Positions 23,600-35,799 of a stretch of DNA of 64,000 nucleotides are shown in pieces. The translations under genes were made by a program, and so were the position numbers. The first letter of the stretch is position 1. The number at the start of each line of letters is the position of its first letter. A model generated the notes under the pieces. The model saw only the letters and a list, made by a program, of their open reading frames with translations. It was not told the DNA's origin and did no database searches. This DNA comes from Scyliorhinus canicula (taxonomy: Eukaryota), in the NCBI RefSeq assembly GCF_902713615.1, contig NC_052162.1, positions 132,270,653-132,334,652 on the forward strand, read 5' to 3'.

Positions 23600-24330
23600 G
23601 GGCGGGATTCTGCTGTAATCGGCGGGGTGGGCAACTCCGGCGGGACGGAGTGGCGTGAACCACTCCGACGTCGAGCCGCCCTAAAGTTGCTGAATCCTCC
23701 GCACCTTCATAGGCTAGGCCTGCCCCGGAGTGGTTTGCGCCCCGCCGGCTGGCGGGAAAGGGGCTTGACGTCGCACCAACCGGCGCCAAAGGGCCTCCAC
23801 TGGCTGGCGCGAGTTGGTGCATGCGTGGGAGCGCCGGCGTGTGCTGGCGTCATCCCTGCGCATGCGCAGCGGGCTTCGTTTCCGCACTGGCAATGGCGAA
23901 CTGCTACAGCCGCCGGTGCAGAACAATAGAGTGCCCCCACTGCACAGGCCCGCCTGCTGGTCGGTGGGCCCCAATTGCAGGCTAGGCCACCATGGGGGCA
24001 CCTCCCGGGGCCAAATTCCCCCCACGCCCCTCCAAGAACCCCGGAGGCCGCCCGCGTTGCCAGGTCCCGCCGGTAAGGACCTACTCCAATTTACGGCGGT
24101 GGGACTGGCAAAAAACGGGCGGGACTTCGGGCCATTGCTGGCCGAAGAATTCGGTCAGCCCCAGGGCCCATTGAGTCGCGCCGGTCCCCGCCATTCTCCG
24201 AGGCGGGCAGCGGGATTCACGCCGGGCCGATTTTTGGGGGGCCGGAGAATTTGGAGGACGGCAGGGGCGGGATTCACGCCGACCCCCGGCGATTCTCCAA
24301 CCCGGCGGGGGAGGTCAGAGAATCCCGCCC
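23600..24330 (+). mobile_element. MITE-like element with perfect 12-bp TIRs
   Basis: GGGCGGGATTCT at 23600-23611 and AGAATCCCGCCC at 24319-24330. Confidence 0.8.
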
Positions 24331-24477
24331 AAAGTGTGATTGAATTGTCCACATTTTCTGATTTGTACTCATCTCCCAGCTATGTTCTGTACTTGATTAA
24401 AAGAAACACATTCATTTCCTGAGGTGGTCCACACTGATTGTTCTCTCCCGATGTAATATTAATACTTGGAGAGAAAC

Positions 24478-25092
24478 AGGGGACGGGAGAATCACCGGGG
24501 GGCGGCGTGAATCCTGACCCCGCCGGCTGCCGAATTCTCCAGTGCCGGGGATTTAGCAGGGGTGGGAATCGCGCTGCGCTGATCGGCGGCCGCTAGCAGC
24601 CGATCCCCGGCAATTCTCTGGCCCGCGATGGGCCGAGTGGGCACCTGTTTTCGGCCAGTCGCGCCGATGTAAATTAGAGTAGCTACTTACCGGCGTGGGC
24701 AGCCTCTGGGTTCCTCGGGGCGTGGGGGGGATTTGGCCCCAGGAGGTGCCCCCACGGTGTCCTGGCCCGCGATCAGGACCCACCGATCCGCAGGCGGGCC
24801 TGTGCCGTGGGGCACTCTATTCTTCCAAGTCAGCTGCTGTGGTCCTCCGCCATGGCCGACGCGGAGATGAACCCCCCTGCGCATGCGCTGGGATGATGCC
24901 AGCAGACGCTGGCGCTCCCGTACATGCGCCATCTCGCGCCGGCTGGTGGAGGTGCAAACCACCCCGGCGCCGGCCAAGCCACTGAAGGTGCGGAGGATTC
25001 CACACCTTTGGGGCGGCCCGACGCCCGAGTGGTTCACGCCACTCCTCGGCGCTGGAGTTGCCCGCCCAGCCGATTCCCGCAGAATCCCACCC
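24478..25092 (-). mobile_element. Second copy of the same MITE family, inverted relative to 23600-24330 and truncated at one end
   Basis: Its reverse complement aligns by eye with 23600 onward (GGCAACTCC..GGAGTGGCGTGAACCACTC..GAATCCTCCGCACCTTCA). The terminus is AGAATCCCACCC. Confidence 0.75.
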
Positions 25093-25999
25093 AGGATTCC
25101 TATATTTGTGTCTGGATCAAAATCTTTCGTGTCCGCCAACTATCAGCTCTTCCAGCTGCAATTTGAGCTGATGTTCAGCACACGGTGTCTGGCTGACAGG
25201 ACCGTGACTGTTATTCGGCTTTGGTCTTTTGAACAAAACCTTCACCAATTCCCTCCCAGATTGGGATTGCTCATTCTATTAGTGAGTAAGTCGAGACTTT
25301 TAGAAATCCCTTTTTCTAGTTTGTCTCCTGTCATAAAACCTGATAGAGTTAGAGAAAAGATTCCCCTTCCCTTGTAAAATGATGATATTATTGGACATGT
25401 GACATTTAATATTGTTTTCACCTTCTGAGAATATTTTTAAAAACACATCCCCGACTTGGATTGCTGTGAACATTGAGCTCCGATCACTGACTGATATCAG
25501 CATCCAGGATTGCAGGAGTGAAGGGAACTGTTTCGATTTCTCCACCCCAGCACTTCATACAAAACCTACCAGTTTGTACAGGACATCAGTGAAATCCTTG
25601 TGTCCTGAATCAGCAACTTGCCTGAGGACCAGCATCATTGAAGGGGCCAATCTCACCATTTTACTGGATCAACGAGACCCAACCCACCACCTCCTAACCT
25701 CACAGTCTCTCTCTCTCTCTCTCTCTGGGTGACAAATAGGCTTCTAATTCTTGGCAGCTTGAGTCAGCTTTGAGAGACAATGATCAGGCGGTGGGGTCAG
25801 GTCCCTATTCAATCTGACCTGGAACAGGTCACGACAAAATGACCGTTTAGTTTAGGAGTGGGTTGGGTGCAGGAACCCAAACCATGGCTGTAATATTCGC
25901 AGTGCTGACACTTTCATTCTGACATAAACCATGGGCTGAATCGGAACCATCCTGGATGGTTCGTAATAACATTCAACAGCCAATTCCATTCACAGTCAA

Positions 26000-26145
26000 T
26001 CACTTTATTGTACATATCTGTTGGAAACAGTTATATTGGACCTTTTCACCATTTTTGAGGGTCAGATTGAGGTCAGTCTGATAAACAAGCTTCGGCATAC
26101 ACTCAGAACAAGAGCAAGGAGGGCAAGTGCAAGGTTGGTTTCCAC
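26000..26145 (-). CDS. IgW short-form Cys-rich secretory tail exon
   Basis: ttccag|GT GGA AAC is in phase with CH2 and encodes (G)[53 protein letters not shown] (26004-26009) overlaps the last codons. Confidence 0.9.
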
Positions 26146-26853
26146 CTGGAATTGGAAGAGATGCAGATTAAGTGTTAGACATTTTCACTTCCCCTCCCCT
26201 GTGCTGGGAAGGTGCCCAAAACCCTGCTCAGTCCTTTCAGGACCACGTGGATGATGAAAAGCTGCTTCACCTTGTCTAGAATAGTAATGTCAGGGGAAAC
26301 TGACCTGTGCTTGAAGGGGACGTGTTGGGGTGGCGATTCAATTCAAGACAATGCAGGGAATACATTGATCAGCGATTAATTGGTTAATTTCTGGAGCAGG
26401 CACGGGACACAGTGAAGCAAATCCAGGCAATTCCTTCAAATGGGAAATTGGAAAGATTCCTTTCCTAAAACAGCACTTGGGAGATGGGAGCAAAGTAAAC
26501 GTTAGGAGCTGATTTGAACTGTGGATGGTATTGGATGTGTTGGTCTCAGATGGGACGTATCAGGGGGACCATTTCACATCCTGCCCCATTTTCATTTCTA
26601 GTCACAGAGAGTGACATTGGATAAGGGCGTGAACAGAGAGCCAGCCAATTCCCACAGTTTCCCTGCCATTTGGTTAAAATTACTCCCCTTAAATTTAATG
26701 TCGAAGCACAAAATACTAAACATTTCACCTCTATCAACAGGATCGATATTTGTGACAGTGATTCATGATTTGAGGGTGAGTCTTACTGCATTAAGTGAAG
26801 ACAAGTCTAAATTACTGACAGTTTATTCTTTTCCTCTCTCAGACACCACTTAC

Positions 26854-27159
26854 CCTCTCGGTACCTCATGCTGATCCTCTTATCGGAGTTGGAAGGTGTG
26901 TGGGTCACTCCACATGTGTAGTCATTCCCTTTCTTCCAATCCGCCACGGGAACTGTCAGGTAAGAAACTGTTGCGAAGGTCTCGTCGCTGCTTTGCTGGG
27001 AAGGGAGAACAACACCCGTTTGGTCCATTTCGCCTTTCTTCCAGGAAACCTGTATGCTGTCGGGTGCAAATCCAGATATCATGCAGCCCATGACAGCAGT
27101 AGTTTGATTGTAGATAGTCTCCGCGGATGGAACAAGGGGGGTGACGTTTGGTGCTTGAG
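26854..27159 (-). CDS. IgW CH2 exon
   Basis: ttacag|CT CAA...GAG G|gtaagt, 306 nt, phase 1/1. Motifs VMGCMISGFAP, VSW and DWKKGNDYTC. Confidence 0.96.
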
Positions 27160-27479
27160 CTGTAAGACATTTCAATGTTTCAGATTACACAAGTGTTTTG
27201 CTTCAGGAAAACCCTTCAACTTCTCGAGTAACCATCACGATGCCAATGCCATTCATTGTCTATTTGACCGGCTTCTCTCTTCCCCTCGCCTGAAATATTT
27301 GCTGACTCTTTCATTTCGAGATTTTTCCAAACATTTTACTTCCTGAGTGACTTGCTGCGTAAGGTCAGCTTTTTCCTGCTGATACCTGACAGTCTCACAG
27401 TGCCAATAACCAGTCTGGCATTGACACAGTCAGGTAGCACTTTATAAAGTTGTTGCTGAGACGTTGGGGATTTCAGGTA

Positions 27480-28070
27480 GAATTTGGAATTCTTCACACA
27501 GGGTCAAGTTTAGCCTTAACTCCACATTCCACCTCCCTGTGATAACCTTTAACTCCCTAGTTAGCCAAGAATCTATCCATCACTGCCTTAATGATAGACA
27601 TGGACCCTGCCTTCCCAGACCAGGGAAGACGGTTTCAATGATTGATGACCCTCTGTGAGAAAAGGTTTCTTCTCATCCACATTTTCAATAGAAGGCCCCT
27701 TATTTTCAAACTGTGTCTCCCAGTTCTGGCATCTCCCACAAGGGGAACCAGCTTTTCAGCATCCACCCTGTCCAGGCCCCACAGGATCATATATGTCTCA
27801 ATAAGATCATCTCGCAATCTTCTAAACTCCAATGGATACAGGCCCAGCCTGTCCAACCTTTCCCCATCAGATAACATCCACCCATCCCAGGTATCAGTCG
27901 CATGAACCTTCTCTGAACTGCTTCTAACTCATTCATAACCGATATTAAATAAGGAATATTCTAGATGCGGTTTCTCTGACAACCTGTACAACTGTAGAAA
28001 AACATCCCTACTTTTGCATTCCATTGCCTCTGCAATAACATCAATATTCTCTTTACCTTCCTGATACTTG
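27480..28070 (-). mobile_element. CR1 LINE 3' fragment continuous with the 54/55-bp minisatellite
   Basis: Minus-strand translation gives AMECKSRDVFLQLY..KPHLEY and LDRLGLYPLEFRRLRDDLIETY. Confidence 0.85.
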
Positions 28071-31000
28071 CTGTACCGCAGACTAACCTTTCCCTGATTC
28101 ATGTACCGGGGCACCCAGATCCCTCTGTACCGCAGACTAACCTTTCCCTGATTCATGCACCGGGACACCCAGATCCCTCTGTACCGCAGACTAACCTTTC
28201 CCTGATTCATGCACCGTGACACCCAGATCCCTCTGTACCTGCAGACTGACCTTTCCCTGATTCATGCACCGGGACACCCAGATCCCTCTGAACCTGCAGA
28301 CTAACCTTTCCCTGATTCATGTACCGGGACACCCCGATCCCTCTGTAACTGCATACTAACTTTCCCTGATTCATGTGCCGGGACACCCAGATCCCTCTGT
28401 ACCGCAGACTAACCTTTCCCTGATTCATGTACCGGGACACCCAGATCACTCTGCACCCACAGACTAACCTTCCTCTGATTCATGTACCGGGACACCCAGA
28501 TTCCTCTGTACCTGCAGACTCACCTTTTCCTGATTCATGTACCAGGACACACAGATCCCTCTGTACTGCAGACTAACCTTTTCCTGATTCATGTACCGGG
28601 GCACCCAGATCCCTCTGTACCTGCAGACTAACCTTTCCCTGATTCATGTACCAGGACACCCAGATCCCTCTGTACCGCAGAATAACCTTTACCTGATTCA
28701 TGTACCGGGACACCCAGATCCCTCTGTACCCGCAGACTAACCTTTCCCAGATTCATGTACCGGGACACCCAGATCCCTCTGTACCTGCAGACGAACCTTT
28801 CCCTGATTCATGTACCGGGACATCCAGATCACTCTGTACTGCTGACTAACCTTTCCCTGATTCATGTACTGGGACTCCCAAATCCCTCTGTACTGCAGAC
28901 TAACCTTTCCCTGATTCATGTACCGAGACACCCAGATCCCTCTGTAATGCAGACTAACCTTTCCCTGATTCATGCACCCAGACACCAAGATCCCTCTGCA
29001 CCGCAGACTAACCTTTCCCTGATTCATGCACCGTGACACCCAGATCCCTCTGTACCTGCAGACTCACCTTTTCCTGATTCATGTACCAGGACACACAGAT
29101 CCCTCTGTACTGCAGACTAACCTTTCCCTGATTCATGTACTGGGACATCCAGATCACTCTGTACTGCTGACTAACATTTCCCTGATTCATGTACCGGGAC
29201 ACCCAGATCCCTCCCTACCTACAGACTAACCTTTCCCTGATTCATGTAACGGGACACCCAGATCCCTCTGTACCGCAGAATAACCTTTCCCTGATTCATG
29301 TACCGGGACACCCAGATCCCTCAGTACCGCAGACTAACCTTTCCCAGATTCATGTACCGGGACACCCAGATCCCTCTGTACCTGCAGACTAACCTTTCCC
29401 TGATTCATGTACCGGGACATCCAGATCCCTCTGTACTGCTGACTAACCTTTCCGAGATTCATGTACTGGGACACCCAGATCCCTCTGTACCTGCAGACTA
29501 ACCTTTCCCTGATTCATGTACCGGGACACCCCGATCCCTCTGTAACTGCATACTAACTTTCCCTGATTCATGTGCCGGGACACCCAGATCCCTCTGTACC
29601 GCAGACTAACCTTTCCCTGATTCATGTACCGGGACACCCAGATCACTCTGCACCCACAGACTAACCTTCCTCTGATTCATGTACCGGGACACCCAGATTC
29701 CTCTGTACCTGCAGACTCACCTTTTCCTGATTCATGTACCAGGACAGACAGATCCCTCTGTACTGCAGACTAACCTTTCCCTGATTCATGTACCGGGGCA
29801 CCCAGATCCCTCTGTACCTGCAGACTAACCTTTCCCTGATTCATGTACCAGGACACCCAGATCCCTCTGTACCGCAGAATAACCTTTACCTGATTCATGT
29901 ACCGGGACACCCAGATCCCTCAGTACCGCAGACTAACCTTTCCCAGATTCATGTACCGGGACACCCAGATCCCTCTGTACCTGCAGACGAACCTTTCCCT
30001 GATTCATGTACCGGGACATCCAGATCCCTCTGTACTGCTGACTAACCTTTCCGAGATTCATGTACTGGGACACCCAGATCCCTCTGTACCGCAGGCTAAC
30101 CTTTCCCTGATTCATGCACCGAGACACCCAGATCCCTCTGTACCACAGACTAACCTTTCCCTGATTCATGCACCGGGACACTTAGATCCCTCTGTACCTG
30201 CAGACTCACCTTTCCCAGATTCATGTACCGGGGCACCCAGATCCCTCTGTACCTGCAGACTCACCTTTCCCAGATTCATGTACCGGGACACCCAGATCCC
30301 TCTGTACCTGCAGACTCACCTTTCCCAGATTCATGTACCGGGACACCCAGATCACTCTGTACCGCAGGCTAACCTTTCCCTGATTCATGTACCGGGACAC
30401 CCAGATCCCTCTGTACCGCAGACTAACCTTTTCCAGATACATGTACCGGACACCCAGATCCCTCTGTACCTGCAGACTAACCTTTCCCTGATTCAGGTAC
30501 CGGGACATCCAGATCCCTCTGTACTGCTGACTAACCTTTCCTGAGATTCATGTACTGGGACTCCCAGATCCCTCTGTACTGCTGACTAACCTTTCCGAGA
30601 TTCATGTACTGGGACACCCAGATCCTTCTGTACCGCAGGCGAACCTTTCCCTGATTCATGTACCGGGGCACCCAGATCCCTCTGTACCTGCAGACTAACC
30701 TTTCCCTGATTCATGTACCGGGACACCCAGATCCCTCTGTACCTGCAGACTAACCTTTCCCTGATTCATGTACCGGGACACCCAGACCTTTCTGTACCGC
30801 AGACTAACCTTTCCTGATTCATGTACCAGGGCACCCAGATCCCTCTGTACCTGCAGACTAACCTTTCCCAGATTGATGTGCCGGGACCCCCAGATCCCTC
30901 TGTACCGCAGACAAACTTTCCCTAATTCATATACCGGGACACCCAGATCCCTCTGTACCTGCAGACTAACCTTTCCCTGATTCATGCACCGAGACACCCA

Positions 31001-32255
31001 GATCCCTCTGTACCGCAGACTAACCTTTCCCTGATTCATGCACCGGGACACTTAGATCCTTCTGTCCCTGCAGACTCACCTTTTCCTGATTCATGTACCG
31101 GGACACCCAGATCCCTCTTCACTGCAGACTAACCTACTAACCTTTCCCTGATTCATGCACCGGGACACTTAGATCCCTCTGTGCCTGCAGACTAACCTTT
31201 CCCAGATTCATGTACCGGCACACCCAGATCCCTCTGTACCTGCAGACTAACCTTTCCCTGATTCAGGTACCGAGACATCCTGATCCCTCTGTACTGCTGA
31301 CTAACCTTTCCCTGATTCATGTACCGGGACCCCCAGATCCCTCTGTACCTCAGACTAACCTTTCCCTGATTCATGTACTGGGACACCCAGATCCCTCTGT
31401 ACCTGCAGACTAATCGTTCCCTGATTCATGTACCGGGACACCCAGATTCCTCTGTACCGCTGACTAACTTTCCCTAATTCATGTACCGGGAAACCCAGAT
31501 CCCTCTGTACCTGCAGACTAACCTTTCCCTGATTCATGCACCGAGACACTTAGATCTCTCTGTACCTGCAGACTCACCTTTCCCAGATTCATGTACCGGG
31601 GCACCCAGATCCCTCTGTACCTGCAGACTAACCTTTCCCTGATTCATGTACCGGGACACCCAGATCCCTCTGTACCTGCAGACTCACCTTTCCCTGATTC
31701 ATGTACCGGGACACCCAGATCCCTCTGTACCTGCAGACTCACCTTTCCCTGATTCATGTACCGGGACACCCAGATCCCTCTGTACCGCAGACTAACCTTT
31801 CCCTGATTCATGTACCGGGACACCCAGATCCCTCTGTACCGCAGACTAACCTTTTCCAGATACATGTACCGGGACACCCAGATCCCTCTGTACCTGCAGA
31901 CTCACCTTTCCCAGATTCATGTACCGGGACACCCAGATCCCTCTGTACCGCAGACTAACCTTTCCCTGATTCATGTACCGGGACACCCAGATCCCTCTGT
32001 ACCGCAGACTAACCTTTCCAGATACATGTACCGGGACACCCAGATCCCTCTGTACCTGCAGACTAACCTTTCCCTGATTCAGGTAACCTTTCCCTGATTC
32101 ATGTACCGGGACACCCAGATCCCTCTGTACCGCAGACTAACCTTTTCCAGATACATGTACCGGGACACCCAGATCCCTCTGTACCTGCAGACTAACCTTT
32201 CCCTGATTCATGTACTGGGACACCCAGATCCCTCTGTGCCTGCAGACTCACCTTT
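28070..32255. repeat. 54/55-bp minisatellite (about 76 units) derived from CR1 RT coding sequence
   Basis: Unit CAGACTAACCTTTCCCTGATTCATGTACCGGGACACCCAGATCCCTCTGTACC(T)G. Its reverse complement encodes QVQRDLGVPVHESGK. Confidence 0.95.
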
Positions 32256-32308
32256 CGCGATACATACACCAATGCAGTTTTAAATGGGAAATAATATCTT
32301 GTACTAAC

Positions 32309-32626
32309 GTTTATATATTCTGATTTCATGTCCCACCATTTCCTCTGGCTTGTAGCCCGCTTTGCAGTGATAAACACGACTGGCATTCAAATCTGACGCA
32401 GAGACTTGGAGCACACTGCTCATCGTGTATTCCATATCTTTTCCCTGGACTGCGGGAAACTTCTTGATTCCAGTCGTAATGACTCCGGTGTTACTGGACC
32501 AGGTCTGAGTGATGCTCTTGGTTTGAAAGCTCTTGACCAGGCAGACGAGGCTGATCTCATCTTGGTTCGCATTCACGTCACAGGAAGGGTTGGAGATGTT
32601 GACCGACGATGGGGCAACCTGGGCAG
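32309..32626 (-). CDS. IgW CH1 exon
   Basis: tttcag|CT GCC...AAA C|gttagt, 318 nt, phase 1/1. It has PSCD (putative light-chain Cys), SLVCLV, QTW and YHC. Confidence 0.92.
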
Positions 32627-33244
32627 CTGAAATATAAACAATCGCACATCGATAAGCTCAGTAAATAAATACAAACAACATGTCACAGGAGTAGGCCTGT
32701 CACACCTTCGAGCTTGCTCTGTCGTTTGATCAGAGCTATCTGATTGTGGCCTCACTTTACTCTCCTGTCTACTGCCTAAAATCTTTGACTCCCTTGTTCA
32801 TCAAGAATCTATCCAATTCAGCCTTGAAAATATTCAGTGTTCTCCAGCCACTGCAGTCGAGGGAAGTGAATTCCTCTCTTCTACAGACCAATGACTGGAA
32901 TAAAGAATTTGTCCTCATCTCCATCCTCAGTGGGAGACTCCTTATTTTTAAATGTGTCCCTAGTTCTAGTCTTGCCAAGAAGGGGAAATATCCTTTGAGT
33001 ATCCACCCTTTCAAGTCCATCAGGATCTTACATGTTTCACTCAGAGTGTTGGCTGCAACTGAAGAGTTTCTTTAATGTCTGAAACCAGGTATTTCCAAAA
33101 CCAATTACAATTGAAGGTGGATAAAAGGAGGGCAGTGCAGAAGTCAGCGCTGGGTAACTTTAAACTGACTCACTGGGCAGTGAACCTGATGGACTGTGTG
33201 AGACGTCAGTCTCATCCCCATCTCAATATTAATCTCAGTGGCTT

Positions 33245-33714
33245 CAATGGACTGTAACCTCCAGCACAGTGTGAGACCAGTGTTACACCCAATGGACTGT
33301 AATCTCCAGCACGGGGTGAGACCAGTGTTACACCCAATGGGCTGTAATCTCCAGCAAGGTGACAGACCAGTGTTACACCCAATGGACTGTAACCTCCAGC
33401 ACGGTGAGAGACCAGTGTTACACCCAATGGGCTGTAATCTCCAGCACAGGTGACAGACCAGTGTTACACCCAATGGGCTGTAACCTCCAGCAAGGTGACA
33501 GACCAGTGTTACACCCAATGGGCTGTAATCTCCAGCACGGGGTGAGACCAGTGTTACACCCAATGGCTGTAATCTCCAGCACGGTGACAGACCAGTGTTA
33601 CACCCAATGGGCTGTAATCTCCAGCACGGGGTGAGACCAGTGTTACACCCAATGGACTGTAATCTCCAGCACGGTGTGAGACCAGTGTTTCACCCAATGG
33701 GCTGTAATCTCCAG
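33245..33714. repeat. 45-bp minisatellite (about 10 units)
   Basis: Unit CTGTAATCTCCAGCACGGGGTGAGACCAGTGTTACACCCAATGGG. Confidence 0.93.
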
Positions 33715-34179
33715 AAAAGTATGACTCCAGTGTCAGAGTCCTACACGGTAGGCAGACTGTCTTCAGATGAGCAGATTTATTACTAAAAGCACAAGTGGAA
33801 ATCCAACATTAGCAGTCAAAGGAATAGCAGAAAAATGGAACATTTATTTACATGAAGGTTTGTTCAAGAAGGAGAGATATACAATTCAGGATGGACAATA
33901 AATGCTGTCCTTGACAGTAATGCCCACACCACCTGAAGAAAAATAAATGTTCAAATCTTCTTCTCAAATCGAAGACAGAAAACTTGTAAATAGCAACGGA
34001 GGTGATGTACAAAACAGTCAATATTAGACAGCTGCATTGTTAAACATCCTTTTCATCGTTCTGCATTTTGATGGTTTGACAGGAAATTTGGTTCAAGTCA
34101 GTTAATGCGCCTGATTGACAGGGAGTTAGAACTGAGGGCAGGAGAGAAAAATTGTCTCTTTCTTATCCCTTCTGGATTA

Positions 34180-34620
34180 CTCAGTCTTGGCTGACACCCA
34201 GTGTATTACTGAGGGGGTGCAGCACTGGTGGAGGGGCTGCCTTTCCGATTACTCAGTCTAGGCTGACACCCAGTGTATTACTGAGGGGGTGCAGCACTGG
34301 TGGAGGGGCTGCCTTTCCGATTACTGGCTGACACCCAGTGTATTACTGAGGGAGTGCAGCACTGGTGGAGGGGCTGCCTTTCCGATGAGACATTGAAGTT
34401 ACCCCTTGTAGTCATTGCCAGTGTTTATCCTTCAACCAACATCACTGAAAACAAATCATCTGGTCAGTATCCTGTTGTTGTTTATGGGATCGTGCTGTGC
34501 ATCAACTGGCTGCCACATTTCCTCTGTTACAGAGACGTCACTTCCATTGTGCTTAACATGCTGTAAAGTGTTCAGCGACAGCCCGAGCACATGAAAGGTG
34601 CTCACTGCAGGTTCTTCCTT
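34180..34620 (+). mobile_element. Deu-domain SINE with internal triplication of a 62-72-bp segment
   Basis: GGCTGACACCCAGTGTATTACTGAGGG.GTGCAGCACTGGTGGAGGGGCTGCCTTTCCGAT occurs three times and then continues into a SINE body. Confidence 0.65.
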
Positions 34621-34832
34621 TCACAATCACTTTTAATTCATGACCATCAATGTCAGTTAATATAACAAAGACAGGTTTGAAAGCTCACCCAGCTGGTGAG
34701 AAAAGTATGACTTGGAATTCACACAGCAACTCCTCGGGTGCAGAACTAAAAGTTAGCAATTCATTTGAAAAGTAAAGCCCGATTAAAATATCAGAAATCT
34801 GAAACAACTCTGTTCAGAAGCAAAACCCAGAC

Positions 34833-35659
34833 CTGTATCTAACCCCTTGCTGTACCTGTCCTGGGAGTGTTTGATGGGGACAGTGTAGAGGGAGCTTTAC
34901 TCTGTATCTAACCCCGTGCTGTACCTGTCCTGGGAGTGTTTGATGGGGACAGTGGAGAGGGAGCTTTACTCTGTATCTAACCCCTTGCTGTACCTGTCCT
35001 GGGAGTGTTTAATGGGGCAGTGTAGAGGGAGCTTTACTCTGCATCTAACCCTGTGCTGTACCTGTCCTGGGAGTGTTTGATGGGGACAGTGTAGAGGGAG
35101 CTTTACTCTGTATCTAACCCCGTGCTGTACCTGTCCTGGGAGTGTTTGATAGGTACAGAAAGAGGGAGCTTTACTCTGTATCTAACCCTGTGCTGTACCT
35201 GTCCTGGGAGTGTTTGATGGGGACAGTGTAGAGGGAGTTTTACTCTGTATCTAACCCTGTGCTGTACCTGTCCTGGTAGTGTTTGATGGGGACAGTGTAG
35301 AGGGAGCTTTACTCTGTATCTAACCCCGTGCTGTACCTGTCCTGGGAGTGTTTGATAGGGACAGTATAGAGGGAGCTTTACTCTGTATCTAACCCCGTGC
35401 TGTACCTGTCCTGGGAGTGTTTGATGGGGACAGTGTAGAGGGAGCTTTACTCTGTATCTAAGCCCCGTGCTGTACCTGTTCCTGGGAGTGTTTGATGGGG
35501 ACAGTGTAGAGGGAGCTTTACTCTGTATCTAACCCCGTGCTGTACCTGCCCTGGGAGTGTTTGATGGGGAAAGTGAGAAGGGAGCTTTACTCTGTATCTA
35601 GCCCCGTGCTGTACCTGTCCTGGGAGTGTTGGATGGGGAAAGTGAGAAGGGAGCTTTCC
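34833..35659. repeat. 69-bp minisatellite (about 12 units)
   Basis: Unit CTGTATCTAACCCCGTGCTGTACCTGTCCTGGGAGTGTTTGATGGGGACAGTGTAGAGGGAGCTTTACT. Confidence 0.95.
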
Positions 35660-35799
35660 TAACTGATGGAAAAGTAAATCAGATAGATTGTGGAACTAGC
35701 TGGCGATTTATCATCCTGCCTAAAGCTAATTATATCGCCATCAGTGATACATCTCTGAAGAAGATTATTCAACCTATTTTCCCCGTGCATTCTCTTCTC

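Noticed and set aside
25412-25732. Additional Ig exon between the short tail and CH3
   Set aside because: No Cys/Trp Ig pattern in any frame and no in-phase splice pair.
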